From Phoronis australis (taxonomy: Eukaryota; Animalia; Phoronida): a stretch of 64,000 nucleotides of DNA. The DNA is taken from NCBI GenBank assembly GCA_002633005.1, contig NMRA01000678.1, positions 65,613 through 129,612 on the forward strand, written 5' to 3'. Below the pieces are notes generated by a model. The model saw nothing but the letters and a program-made list of their open reading frames with translations, was not told the DNA's origin and did no database searches. Each line of letters starts with the position of its first letter. Position 1 is the stretch's first letter. The translations under genes were made by a program, and so were the position numbers. Below are positions 37,776 to 50,960 of this stretch, one piece after another.

Positions 37776-39466
37776 GTGTAATATGAACGCTCCCTTACAG
37801 GGCCCAAGAAAAATGTCTATGTTTGGTTAGTTTCGGAACATCATATTTTAGAAATAGATGATAAGCATTTTTGATTTGGACAGCTTTTCGCAGCTAACGT
37901 GGTTCGATCTCGTTCCTTGAGAAGCGATTTTTGGGTTTGTAAAGAACTGGGAGTTCGCTATTCGTTGAGACTCAGCGACCAACCAACGTGTAAAACTTGG
38001 TCTCAGGTAACAGATAAGTGTCATTTTTTTAAAGCCCTAGACTCATATCCATTTCAACTAAAGATTAATTTCAGATCAGTTTCAGGGGCGTAGGTGATCT
38101 ACATCAAAAGTTGTTTTTGCTCTGTAAGGCGGATTAATAATCCCGTTAAATAAATATTCAAATTGGTCATAGCTCACGCGGTCACTGAATGTATTTTCAT
38201 GCTAAACCGTTGTACAATAGCTTTGTTCTCCACACGTATTCGAAAACATCAAGGTGCAACACGTCACATTTTGTAAAATAATATCTGACACAAAAAGCGT
38301 GAAGCTAACAATTTGTTGCCAGTTGAAAAGGACTGGTTGTGCACACTCTACAGAAACAACAAGTGGAACAATGTTCAACAGTTTTGCATTTTTATGGGCA
38401 TCGAGAACATTATATTGCACAGATTGCGAATATTTTATTAAATGTGTCGTTATTCTCTATTTTACGTACACTCTAATTCTCTAATAGAGGTGATGAAAAA
38501 TGCCCGGATCTCTCTTGGGACATTATTCACTTCTGCGTCAAAACACCCAGGTGGAGCCTTTACCTTCATTAGACGTTCAAGGAAGCCATCTATTCAATTC
38601 AATTTCTTGATTAAAAATCTCAAAGGAGCAAACAGAAATCTTGAAAGGAACTGTCCAACTTGAAGCAACTTCTCTTGAAGAGCTTGACGACAGATATTGG
38701 AGGACTATTCATATTTTTCACAATGGCGGTTCATGGAGTGTGTGCATGTCTGCTGCACCACAAGTGGTATTAGGACATCCACCATCTTTTATTACTCTAC
38801 TGTTTTACACCTTTACTTGCTAATCCGGGAGAATAAGAAACAAATCAAGCACTATTCCTGAGGTATGTTGATACAGTCAACTAGAAAATGCATTTGTACA
38901 TGTGTGTATAAAAACAGTTTACATCAGTGAGAGCAGTGATTGCTGTAGTTGAAGATTTCCATCTGTCTCCAAATAGTTTGTTTTGCATACCTTCAAAATA
39001 AATATAATTCTCTGCGAGATTATTTAAAATATTACACCTGTTAAGCAAACCAAACAAAATAGCATCGGCATTCAGTATCATACGATGACCTGTAAAAGAA
39101 AAAACATCTGTCAAGGGATGACCATAAAATTGGGTCACTGCGCATGACCAGTACAAATGAACTGTGTCCTCGGCTTACCGCTTCTAAAAAGAAGAGAGAC
39201 CGGAACCCAACAGTTCCATCTTCACAGACCTAAGCATTTGTGGTGAGAATGCGGTGAATCAACGTGGACAGAGACCATTTAAATTTTGCGTCAACCGAGA
39301 AATTAGTAGAAAAAACTGTATGCTTATCTCCAACAACCGACGTCTAGAGTGGTCCCTTTATCTAAACAATTCTATTTTGTTTTTTGAGGAAAGTTTCAGT
39401 ATGATTAATGTCATGTCATTTCTTAAAGGGACAACAAACAAACGATCTGTGTCAAAAGTCAGGTGT

Positions 39467-39654
39467 TTATTATGGGCAGTTAGTGCTGTATAATTAGTGC
39501 AGTCTTGTTCCTTATTATGGGCAGTTAGTGTTGTATAATTAGTGCAGTCTTGTTCCTTATTATGGGCAGTTAGTATTGTATAATTAGTGCAGTCTTGTTC
39601 CTTATTATGGGCAGTTAGCATTGTATAATTAGTGCCGTCTTGTTCCTTACTATG
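39467..39654. repeat. 45-bp minisatellite, 4 full copies plus a partial
   Basis: Unit ttattatgggcagttagtgctgtataattagtgcagtcttgttcc repeated head-to-tail with 1-3 substitutions and no spacers. Confidence 0.95.
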
Positions 39655-40565
39655 ATTAGAAATGATTTCAGTCGCAAAAGCAGTATACCTGCGAAGAAAA
39701 TCCCAAGCAACTTTAAAAAGGACAGTGTTTTGAAGGTTTCAAAAAGTCTATTTCAACGTAAATTTGAAATTCTTAATGTCTACGCTCCTTGCAAGCCTTT
39801 AGCAATCACTCACTTACGGAAAGTTTTGAAGGGTTGTAGACATATTTGTTCAGTTTTTAATGACGTTAAGAAACCTTCTGAGTCAGAGTGTAAATGGGAA
39901 ATAGAGTTAGGAGATAGTTAAGATTTGAAGAAAATATACGCATTGCCTTATGAAATTACAAAGGATCCCAAAATAGATGGTTCCAATTAGAATACTACAC
40001 AGGATTATTGCAACAAATACCTTTTTAGTCAAATTCTGTGTTCGGGATTCTAATTTATGCTCCTTTTGTAATGAAGCTCCAGAGACGCTGTCACACCTTT
40101 TTTGGGAATGTGGCATTGTACAAGATTTCTGGAAGGAATTCGGAAAGCTAATGCAAAAGTGTCGCATTCAGCTTCCCAACAGTCTCTCTTACGATCGAGT
40201 TATTCTTGGATTTTACGAGACGCATGATTTTCTTTTTAACATTTTGCTTCTAATAGCCAAACAGTACATTTACAAGGAGAGATGTTACAAAAATATACCT
40301 AATTTTCACAAGTTTATTACATATACTTATGAGTACTACAATGCTGAAAAATTAATTGCATACAAAAACTTTGTACAGGACAGCTTCTCTGCGAAATGGG
40401 AAAATTTCGTTGTTCACGTTAACTACATGTAGAAGTTATTTACTTTAAACGAGATACGAGAATGATCTTTCCTGAGGTGTGCATGCGTGAATGAATGGAT
40501 GTACTTATTTATTTGTTTGTTTGTTTTTGTACTGTTTTATAAATGATAATAATTTCTTTAAAAAA
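39650..40565 (+). mobile_element. 5'-truncated, degenerate L1/Tx1-clade LINE (ORF2 C-terminal zf-RVT region plus 3'UTR)
   Basis: RILHRIIATNTFL...CSFCNEAPETLSHLFWEC..VQDFW...LLLIAKQYIYKER is the typical CX2CX7HX4C tail of L1/Tx1 ORF2; stop and frameshift near 39920-39977; T-rich 3'UTR ending in an A run near 40560. Confidence 0.88.
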
Positions 40566-42544
40566 TGTTTTGGAAGAGCAAGTATGATCGAGGAGACAGT
40601 TGATGTTGTTTGCAGCAGAACATGGTGTGTCACGATTTTTATCAATCCCTTTAACAGACATACATTAGATTGGTGGAATGTGAGCGGAGCTTCATTCTTT
40701 GCCCTAATCAAAGGTGTAGTAGAAAAATTCTTGTGGAGCCTGTACGAGTTTTGTTAGACTTTTCAAGCTTAAAAAACAGGACTGTGTATGAAGAATATAC
40801 AAGATCTGTATAGCAGCAACATTGTTTTGAGTCAACATCTGTCAAGTGTTTGTAGATTTAGAGAATTTCGCAATGTCCGTCATAGCGACACGGCAACCTT
40901 TTTATAGCTTCTCTATTTTATGTCTAAAACCCGTTTGACGCAGTTTGGTGAAGCTGCAAACGTCAGAACAATGACTCAGGATCAGCATTTCGCAATGCAG
41001 GCACCGATTAAATATGCACTCGATCAGGTGATCAACGGTGAATGTGAACGACGGTGTTTTGACGACATTTTAGTGAATGTTTAGTCTCATAATAAACAGT
41101 TTGCTTTTTGTTGGAATATTATTCTTCATTGGTTCACGAAACCTTATGTTCACAAAACAACAAATCTCTAAACTGTATTTTTGGAACATGTTTGATTTGT
41201 ATAAATTAAAGTTCAATAAGCAAACAAGAACAGTCAACAGACCGTGTTTGTGTTCTACTTAAATACTTTTTCTTTTAGCCTAAGGACTAATATTTCTCAA
41301 CTCAAACACACCTATCCACAGCCATTATACTTCTCGTGGGATGCTACGTGTTTCTCACGCTGCTATGTTTGAACAGTTGACAAAAATTCACAATGGCCGA
41401 CGCGTTTCATTCAATCCATCTAACATTCTGGTCACGGTGTCCATATCTGTATACTGCTATCTTCGTCTTATTCATATTTGGGTAACCCTGGTTACGAAAA
41501 ATGACGGTCCCACTGTGACGACTTCCCCATTAATCATATTATCAGGCTTGCTGAGAGTCTATTTAATGAAAATTTTACAAGGAAACTTACGAATTAAGTG
41601 AAAAAGAATTACTGATAAATTAAGGAAATTTTAGGAAAAATTAGACCGTAAAAATCTGATCAAATGGCTTTGTCATTGAGTTGTTCACCAGGTGCTAATG
41701 CTAACACAGAGTGGATGGGAAACAATCGCTTTACTCGCAAGCTCCCTTTGCCCATTTCTAGTCCACCCCGGCACAAAGTACTCTGGTAATAATTAACTCC
41801 TAAAAGCTGTATAGTTTAGTAGCTATACCAAGCAGATTTAGTCATTTAGGAAAGTGAGTTTTCTATGATTATGCTGGCTGAGACCATTCGTACTTTTTCA
41901 GACTCAACTAGGGATTCAACTGGATAACTAGCAAAGCTCTAGAAACATAACAAGTCGTTCAAAAACAAATGTAGGGTTTCGCTTTGATTAGCACTATACA
42001 TCGTCGGGTAAGTCGTTTTCAAGGCAACCAGCAACGAAACACCTCATGAGGTCGTCGTCTCGATTTCCGTTCACTTTGACTGGAAGCCTTAAGAATCGAC
42101 GATTTTCAAACACGACAGATTTTGCTCTTTGATAGCTCTGGTCAAGAATGATAACAGTTTTCCATGCAGCGAATTTCTTGGGACAAAAGCTAGATCAAGT
42201 TAGGAGCTCAATAACGCTTGGACTTTGCAAGAAAAGCAAGACTTTGCGAGATTACGCGAGACATTGCCGTGCATTTCAAAACAGAGCACGTGATTTTGGC
42301 TAGATTTTTCTTGCCGCAAGGCAGTTGCTGAACTCTATCCTGCCTTGTCCTCACGAGGTCACAAGAGCTTTCCTCGAGTCTGCACAACACATCCCTGGTT
42401 GCATTAACTCTAAACTGTATAAATAACTTTGGGGGCGGCGCGCGTACTCAATGCCGAGCTTTTGTGTGCGGCACAAAAATATGTCATGTCGCAACACAAG
42501 GGACGTTTACAGAGTTTCGACGTTTCACAATTATATGGTGAAGT

Positions 42545-42605
42545 GGGGCGGGGTATTTGCAGAAGGTTTACTATAAAAATAAGCTGTCAGCTTGCGGTCA
42601 GCCAC
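42545..42605 (+). promoter_or_regulatory. GC box plus TATA-box core promoter of paralog C
   Basis: GGGGCGGGG at 42545-42553, TATAAAA at 42572-42578, Inr-like TCAG near 42598, ATG at 42626; TATA placed as in paralog B. Confidence 0.7.
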
Positions 42606-42625
42606 TTTTTACCTGACTGACGAAT

Positions 42626-45600
42626 ATGAAAGTCTTTCACGTTGCCCTGTTTGTTCTCCTCGGCGCTGTGGCTCTGGTGAGTTCGCGTAGTTGTTAATTG
42701 AGCACATGCAACCCATTTCATGATCATTAGGATATGTTTACGAGCAATCCTGGAAAACGTCAAAATTTAGAAAAAAACGGGAAATTTGGAAATGCATGTC
42801 TTACGAAATGCCGATCGGAATCGAACAGAACGTTCATATACTATTTATACACTACTCTCCAAAACTTTGATAGGAATTGCTTAAGAATGTTTCAATTTTC
42901 CTGAAAAGATGTCGAAAAAGAAAGTAGTATAATTTTAATGAAATAAGTTGCTTGAAACAAACTGAAGTATAATTCATCTTGAATATTTATACGGCGAAAA
43001 TGAAGTCATCTTGATGTAATCGTGAGTTTACCACGAATGAACTTTTCTTTTTGCTAAAACTTATTAACACAACACGCAATGCTATCAATGACAGGTTCCA
43101 AAGCTCATTTTCTACTTTCGGAAAATTATGGTTTTAATGAATTAATTTACGTTTGAGTTTAAATTATTTGCCGAAAGGTATAGACTTGCTTAGAAGGTTA
43201 TCCATAACCTTTACATGAATTATGCAATGGTTCTGTTAAAGTATCATTTATCTTGAAAGTATCAATGTTTATTTAAAAAGATACGAAACCTTGTTTTAAA
43301 CTAACAAATATTCCATACAATAAGGACATTTAGGTATTGGAAACAAAGGTGATACGTAATCATAGTCAAAGCTCATAAATTTTGAAGCAAGTTTGAAAAG
43401 TCCCTCGGCCTATAAATTCTTCTAAATCTACAAGCGCGACAAACGCTTTGGACGGTTTACTCTACGGTTGTGGAAAGCGGCAGCTTACCTCTAATCCCAT
43501 ATCCAGTGTGTGCTTTTATTTCGCTAAGGAAGTTCAAAAGTTGGGTGAAATTGTGTCAACGTAAACTACTGAGTAATTTCCATGTATACCTGACCACCTT
43601 TTAGTTTGCTGTATTTAATGTAACACTGCACCCATTCATTTATTTGCGTTCAAGTTGACACGGTCATAAAATGAATTTTTGGCTCATAAATGATGCCACT
43701 GTGACAATTTTGTATGTTTTCTCTTTGTACACAAACACACACACACTCATGTACGTACGCGTGTTTATCTGAATAATTTGTAATAAAACACCGATATTAC
43801 TTTTGTTCCAGTGTTCAGCCAAGAGCGTAAGTGGTGAAAAGAAACCGAGCACCGGTGAACACTGGAGACCACCACGTAAGTCACATCCCTTACAAATTTA
43901 TCGCAAGTCTTGCTCATGGGTGTTAAAGACAGGTAGCAGCACACTTACTGCGGAGAAGAGCGTGCAAGTCTACAATGGAAGCGGTACCCTTGCCGCAGTG
44001 AACAACACACTATTAGCTTCACATGAGTGGTGAAAACGCCTGCAATTTCACTGGCTAAAACGCTGACGCAAACAGTTTTGGGGTTAGTCAAAGCGCTAGC
44101 CGCCAAAAGTGACACATTAATATGTGACTGTTCACGTGATTGGCGTTTTTGCTACTAGCGAAAGTTCTAGAGTGAAAAACGCCCTATTAGCCATTTTTTG
44201 AACGGAGTATTCTATCTCAACTATATCATTCATGTGGTATACGTGTGTAGGCGTGACGTGGACATACAACAATGTAAGCGTGTTCAGTTTATGAGCAGTA
44301 GGCCGTGGGGAATGAATTTCTCCCCTGTATCCCGCTTCACTCAATACGTAGAGAGATAGTAATGTGAGATCTATGCAGCTCTGCGGCTTTTTCTTGGTCA
44401 ATCAAACTTTCGAATTATGCTACGTATACATGAGTAGAGTAAACACTAACAGTTGCGCGAGATGACCGCGAACTTGAGAGGTCGGCTATTACCAGCATGC
44501 ACTTATTTTGTTTCCTCACCACCCTAATCAGTTTCGAAAACACGTCCAGTCCCTGTCATAAATTGATGTGTCCTTTTTATGAGAGTTCGATTACCACCTT
44601 TAAGAGATGCCATCGTTTTTGAATACTTAGCATCCGGAATAAAGAGGGGTGGAAAGAAACTAGGTTTCAGGCTCCCACAAGCGTGACCGTTTGTGACTGA
44701 GCCTGCAGATACACAAGTCGGTTCTTGGACGCCTGCATTTCAATGAAAATGTAGCGTACACAAAATACCACAATATAGCTGCAGAATAGCAAATGGTGCC
44801 ATAACTACATGTATGCTACAGGTATAAATATTTTGAAACTCAACTCGAACTTTAGTCAATTCTACCAATTCTATGTAATTGATGCTTCCAGCCGTGTCCG
44901 TGGCCCAGCTCAACAAGGCAAGCGCCAGTCTAAAGGAGTACTTCCCCGTAGCCGAAGGTTGGTTCCACGCAATCAATGAGGAGCTTGGCAAAACCAAAGC
45001 AGATGGTAAGTTCCATTGTGGTTGGGAATCCTAATCACTTAGATCTGACCTGTTTACGGATAACAAAACCGAAGCGTGCGCATCTCAGGGCGTAGATTTG
45101 TGTCATAAACGTCATCCAATAAGAAACTCGAAAAGTGTCACGCAGGCGATAGCCAGCTCGGTAAACTGGCTTAGTCTCACTTACGATAAATTTCTGGCCT
45201 CTTGAAATAATACTAAAATGAAGCGAATTCTCCAAACCGTTTATTGGCGTTCTTTTTGGGATGATGGCAGCTATTCCGCGCTCAACAGTTTACAAGACTG
45301 TCGGTGCTCGTATAGTGGGTCGCAGGCGCACGTGGGCACAGTCAACCACCTTTTGGCATTTGAACGTAGCGCCTACGCACCGTAAGTTACGATCAGTGCT
45401 CAAGGTGATACGGTGGGCTTTGGGCGCCTACTTACCTCTAATTTTGCCACTGCAGCACTGCAGACTGATGCAATTCACTACTAAAAATTACAATCAATAC
45501 ATCGACTGACATTTAAATCTGGAACAGTGCCACAAAAGGAGCCGGGGGCTCTCCATTGAATAAACGACGTGGTGTGTGGTTTATTACGAGCTCTTGGCCA

Positions 45601-48600
45601 GGAAGCCACAAAAAGATAAATGGTAAATACCCACATCCCGAAGTACGAAAACGCCACTCTTATTCTGTTCTATTTACCCACAATGCTGTGCATCACTTGG
45701 CACCTGTCTGACTGCTGACGCAACGCTAACTTGATACATCATTAGTTAGTAATGACCATAGACTCGGTAATCACTACTTGTCCTATTCGGCTGAAAAGTG
45801 TATTAGCCTAGAGCTTGCGTTTTTCAATCTTTGCATATAAATATTTGAATAGATGTCGTGCGATTTTCCCGAACGCTTCTGAATTTTTGTTTACATGGAC
45901 AATTTATGGGGTATCAAGTGTTTCGAAATTGTATAAAAAGTATCATTTATTATTGAAAGGAAACCGTTTATTTTTTAAGCTCAATATTTGTAAATAAAGA
46001 AAATCCAAAATCTTCCGTCTTAGCACTAACTATTTCAAAACTATTTCCCCGAATTATGGTCAAATAATCCCTGGTTTAGCTATGACTTTTTGATAAACAA
46101 TTTGAATTAATTGACTACTTAGCTGAAAGCTAATGATCAAGAAATCGATTTTTATTTACTATTATTGGTTTTCAAAACACTAACAACGCGTGACCCCTTA
46201 TTCTTACGTTTTATTGTTTCAGCCGACCCTGTAAAAGGACTGGAGGCGTTTCTGCACACGATGCACCAACTTTACAATGTTTCAGCTAAAGCTTACGAAC
46301 CCTTTTACGGAATGTTGTATTCTATGATGTTGTCTGGTAAGTGTGAGTTACAAGAAAAGATCTGCTGGGACTCTTGTGGTCCGCGTCACATGACTCTGTG
46401 AAGTTCTGTCTGTCCAGTAACATTGCTGATGCCGTTTTTGATGTTTCATTCGCGTACATTGTTGCTAACAAGTCATTATAGTTTCATTCGGTTTTATCAA
46501 TTAATTAGTAGAATTGCATCATTTTGAGATCTGCTTCACAAAAATCCGCATTAAAATTAATTGATCTCAAGTGGCGTTGTAACAAATTAGCGTGACCGAA
46601 AAATCATAATAAAGTTGCTTTCCAGAACATGCGTTTCGCTCTGTGTATTGTAAAAACATGCAATGTAATCCACACTGTTGAAATCTAGAGTTTAGACAAC
46701 TTAATAATATAAAGTTAGTTTCAACTTGTAGTGATTTCTGACTTGGAGAGGACTGATGGTTCTCAGTTGCTCAATAGTTAGCTTAATCCCGCCAGTCGGC
46801 GCTTGGGCTCTGAAGTAGCCTATTCGAACATTTCATGGGTTCGACACATCAAATGAGGTGTCGCCTCAAGGCAACTTACGGGAACCCACTCCGTCAATAT
46901 CAAACTGCCAGTTCAGAAACCTGACCAGAAAATTCCTTTAACGTGAGTAAGGAACAGCAAGAGTGCAGTTAAACGAAATCAAAAACGGTTTTTGACACAA
47001 CGTGGTTTTATCGTAGACAAAAAAATGTTTAGAAACATGTCTAGATCTTAAGAAACTTGTATACCATGACATACGTGTACGGTAATTTTCCACTTATTTC
47101 GCACAAAAATATATTGCCAAAATAGTTACTCTTCTATTTTTCAAATGCTGATTATCTTGCTACAAACAATGGATGCTTTTGCAAAAGTTGTTTCACGCGC
47201 AACAACCGATGCCGGCAATAGACTAAAATGTTATCAATCGTTCCTTTTGTCGAGAAATTTGACAAAAAGAATTGACCTTGACGGCCATATTGTCTGCCAA
47301 AAAGGGAAGAGTTACCGTACTTATGGCTGTTCTTTCAGGTTTTGCATGGGAGCATTATAACAACAACTACCAACAGATGGCGGAGAAGTGGGAGGAACTG
47401 GCAAAAGAAGGCAAATTTGATGAAAGTGAGTAGAAGCGGAAGTCAATTCAATGAAGATGCAAAAAGCGAATAATGAATAAGGGGTCAGGGTCCTACCCAT
47501 TGCCACCAATCAAAATGACTGAAGAAGTAAATGAAATATGCACAGTGGCACCGGTATACTAGACTGTGGCTTGTGTTATCTCTTGTTTTATTTAAACCGA
47601 CTATTATTGGACTTGGCTTTCTATTTTGTTATCGCTATTACATTAAATGATCCGCATACAAGAGTCGTCATGGAGACATGACATACATGTAAAGAACTCC
47701 ACGTATTCGTTACTAACGGGATTAAATGTTGGGCTTCTCATTCCAGTGCACATGTGAATGTAGCTACGTTGAAGCCGAGCTTTTATTTTGTAGGTTTAAT
47801 TAAGCGCATAAATACATATTATTCAAAGTTCTAACGTTGAAATTTCTGTCTTACGCTCCACAACTGTTTCCGAAAATAGTTTAATCTCATTGCAGCAAAA
47901 TTCAATGTTTCATATTAGCTGGTTAATTAGTCGATCTTTATTAACCATTGCTAAAACTGTAATATGTAGACAATTCCGTGACAAGACCTCATGACGTAAT
48001 TCCAAAGCAGGAGTGTAAGACAAAATTTCTGACTTGTCACCTAAAAGTAATTTTTTTAAAAGAAACCTCAGCTTTGTTAACACTCTAGTGACTAATGATT
48101 GAAAACATTTCTTGCAAAATTCTGGTTCTAACTAGTCTGTGAATACACTTACAGAACTCGCCACAGAGGAGATGGCTGAAGCGTTCAAGAAGGACATTCA
48201 AGGAATTCGGGACGAGATTTCTTGGGCCAAGACCGAAGTTATCAACAAAATTGAAGCGCTTGACCCGGGTAAGCGTTCTTTTTTCCGTACTGTAATTAGT
48301 GGAAACCGATGAAGACTTATTGGTTCTTAAGAAATGTCATTCGCGTTAAAATGCAGAACAATAACTGACAGTTATACATACACGCATACATACATGCAGA
48401 CGAACACACCAACATGCGTATAGTGGTCCAACACGACATTGAAGTACAACAGTACAGCAGCACAGTCACAATACAAATGAATGCAGTTTCTGAGCAAATA
48501 TGGCGTCGTTACCCACAAAAATACATTACACGAAAACAATAGTGTGCAATAGACATGCTGTCGTTAGGAGTAGCGTTGAAACGCGTTTTCTGCTTCGTTC

Positions 48601-50960
48601 AGACTGCCGCTTGCGTATTGCCGCTCGTAATTGAAATTTGAAATCAGACCGTCTAAATCTTTGTCCGACGGTATCTTTAAAGCAACGTCTTTACTGATTA
48701 AGGTATACGGCTGTGTGACAGGGCAATTTTTTTTCTATAAAATAACTTGCAAAAGAACTGCGGCCGTTTTCCTTTAATCACTTGTTTTACATCTGTTTTC
48801 AAAGAAAATCAGGTGGCTCCTCGTCTTGCTTCGTGACCAACCAGTTTCCTTAGGCTGTACGTATACAGGTTTTGACCAGGAGCTAAGAGGAAGAAAACCA
48901 TGTTTCGCAGCCGTATAGAAAACTTGACGAGATACGAACGGTCCATACGCTTTTTAACACGATACAGCGCACCTGCGTCGTTGCTTTTACATGGAAAGGA
49001 CGTAAATTTTAACACTCGTGTTTGCCTTGACCATGTTAACAGATTTAGAAAGCCGCAGTTCAACCAGCTAGCTCATACATACATGTACATGCGTACATGC
49101 ATACAAGAATGCATGCATACACAATCACACGCGCGCACTCGAATAGTGCGAGCGTCAAAATTCGATTTTAACATGCGATATTAAAAATTGAAGTCTAAAA
49201 AGCTATATCTATGTAGGTGAAAATTTGGAAAAAAATTCCTGATGTTTTGTATCCCGCTTTGTTTTCAGAAAATCCCCCGCACCCAATCTACGTCGCTAAG
49301 GAGATTGGCGCCATAATTTACGTGTCAGAGAAGATCAAACATGACGCCATGACTCTCGTCAAAACTGCCTCCGAATGCCTGCGTAAGTCTTAAATCAGAC
49401 AGTTCTGTGGAGCAAGATACTTGAGAATGACGCTTTGTGTGATCACACGCGATGCGTTGCATGACGTTCCGTGAAGGTTAATCCCTCTCGAAACGCTTAC
49501 GGCAAGAAACAGTGATACAGTGATTTATGAATATGGGATGTCAAGGTGATGGGCACCATTGTCACTTCACGTGTCGAAGTCAGACTTGTTCATGCCACTA
49601 GTTACGCCATTTTTCTTGGTTAGTGCTTCAGAGCTCTATTACTTAACCCACGACACTTGCGATGCAACTGCAGCGACAAATCTTGACTTACGAAAAGTGT
49701 TTTCTTAGAGCTTCCATACTTCAATTTTCCGACCTCGCCCACCCGATCACTTCATTAGCGGCCATTTAGTTAGTGGCCACAAGTAACAGGAGACATTCGG
49801 TCATTCGAGTGGTTATGTGTCATATTGCGTGATCTTGCCAAACTCGCAATAAGCGCGCAGCACTAAAACATGTCCAGGATGTTAGATTTTGCAGACTCTG
49901 GACGAAACTGCATTTAACAAAATTAGTAATTCAATGCATATTTGCGAATTTTGTTTTGGTTTATTTAAATATTGTCATAGGTTCCCAGTCTGTTAACTGT
50001 TTATTTCCCCTGTCTGTATACTTGCCTATTATTATGGTAGTATATAATTATCTGTCGTATATCTTCGCTCGATAACCAATTCTGCGGAGCCATCCTTGCA
50101 GTATGTGTCTTTCATTTCAGAGTATATGAAGATTCATGCGAGGTCTAACGATGTTGAAGAGACTCTCGCGTCCGAAGTTCGCTCTCTGATGGCGGAATTG
50201 AAAACCTACCAGAGTTCGCACACCGACAACGCAAAGAAAGCTTTGGAGAATGTAATGATTTCGACTGCATATGAACATACAACAGCAATCTGAACATACA
50301 AGCTATTTTGCAAGCGTTGACCTTATTACAGAAACTTATTTCATAAAAAACTATTTTGCAATTTGAAGCAATTACATTGACTGGCCTAAAAGGTCATTCT
50401 CGGCGAAAAAACACTAATAACCAGCGATAATTGATATACAACTTCAACCTGAAGTAAAACAAGACTAAGACATTATTAAGCAGTGTTAAAACACACCAAA
50501 CTGTAGTCTGTGGGCTCCACCTTTGAAAAAGTATACTTGTAGAAAACTAGACTTTAAGATTCTGCAGGACTTTACATTTAACCAAGTGTCTACAAACTCT
50601 AGAATTTAACTCAGCAAAAGTGTATATATTTTCTGGAAGTAGAAATTCTGTAGAATTTATTTTTTGACTTGATACCAATTTTGAATAGGTAACGCAACCA
50701 TACTTTCAGTAAAATTTAGTAAAAAACACGATCAATAACATTTCGCATGATATAAATGCTCAAGATAAAATATCGAAAAAGCTGTTACAGTTTTTAAGGT
50801 TTCGTTTTAGTTTTATGAACCAGTGTCTGACACGCCTTTTAAGCAGACATTAAAGTTAAATATAGTTTCAGATCCTCTCTTCGTCAAAGAGAGCTGTGCC
50901 GTCTAAATGCAGCTTAAGTTGTGTTCACCTGTACATTTGCAGCTCGGCTTGGTTCGCTAA
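42626..50960 (+). CDS. Uncharacterised secreted-protein family, paralog C (divergent, 9 exons, about 268 aa with signal peptide)
   Basis: Exons 42626-42676 (MKVFHVALFVLLGAVAL), 43812-43875 (CSAKSVSGEKKPSTGEHWRPP), 44892-45005 (PVSVAQLNKASASLKEYFPVAEGWFHAINEELGKTKAD), 46223-46336 (ADPVKGLEAFLHTMHQLYNVSAKAYEPFYGMLYSMMLS), 47339-47425 (GFAWEHYNNNYQQMAEKWEELAKEGKFDE), 48155-48268 (KLATEEMAEAFKKDIQGIRDEISWAKTEVINKIEALDP), 49269-49382 (ENPPHPIYVAKEIGAIIYVSEKIKHDAMTLVKTASECL), 50121-50251 (QYMKIHARS...AKKALEN). Last exon uncertain: 50943-50960 (LGLVR*) preferred, alternative 50872-51024. All GT-AG, same phases as B; AATAAA at 51165-51170. Confidence 0.85.
45302..45460. mobile_element. Older copy of the same hAT-type MITE in opposite orientation, intron 3 of paralog C
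   Basis: Reverse-complement match to 58903-59058 (agcgcctacgcaccgtaagttacg.tcagtgctcaaggtgata); degenerate TSD aagactgt/cagactga. Confidence 0.85.

Noticed and set aside
38250-39120. Possible KDZ/CxC-type transposase remnant (ISLGTLFTSASKHPGGAFTF)
   Set aside because: Only a short motif resemblance amid stops and frameshifts; needs a translated profile search before it can be called.
39467-39654. CRISPR-like array or repeat-protein ORF 39358-39621
   Set aside because: Contiguous 45-bp units with no unique spacers and no cas genes in a eukaryotic context; the ORF is a by-product of a unit length divisible by 3.
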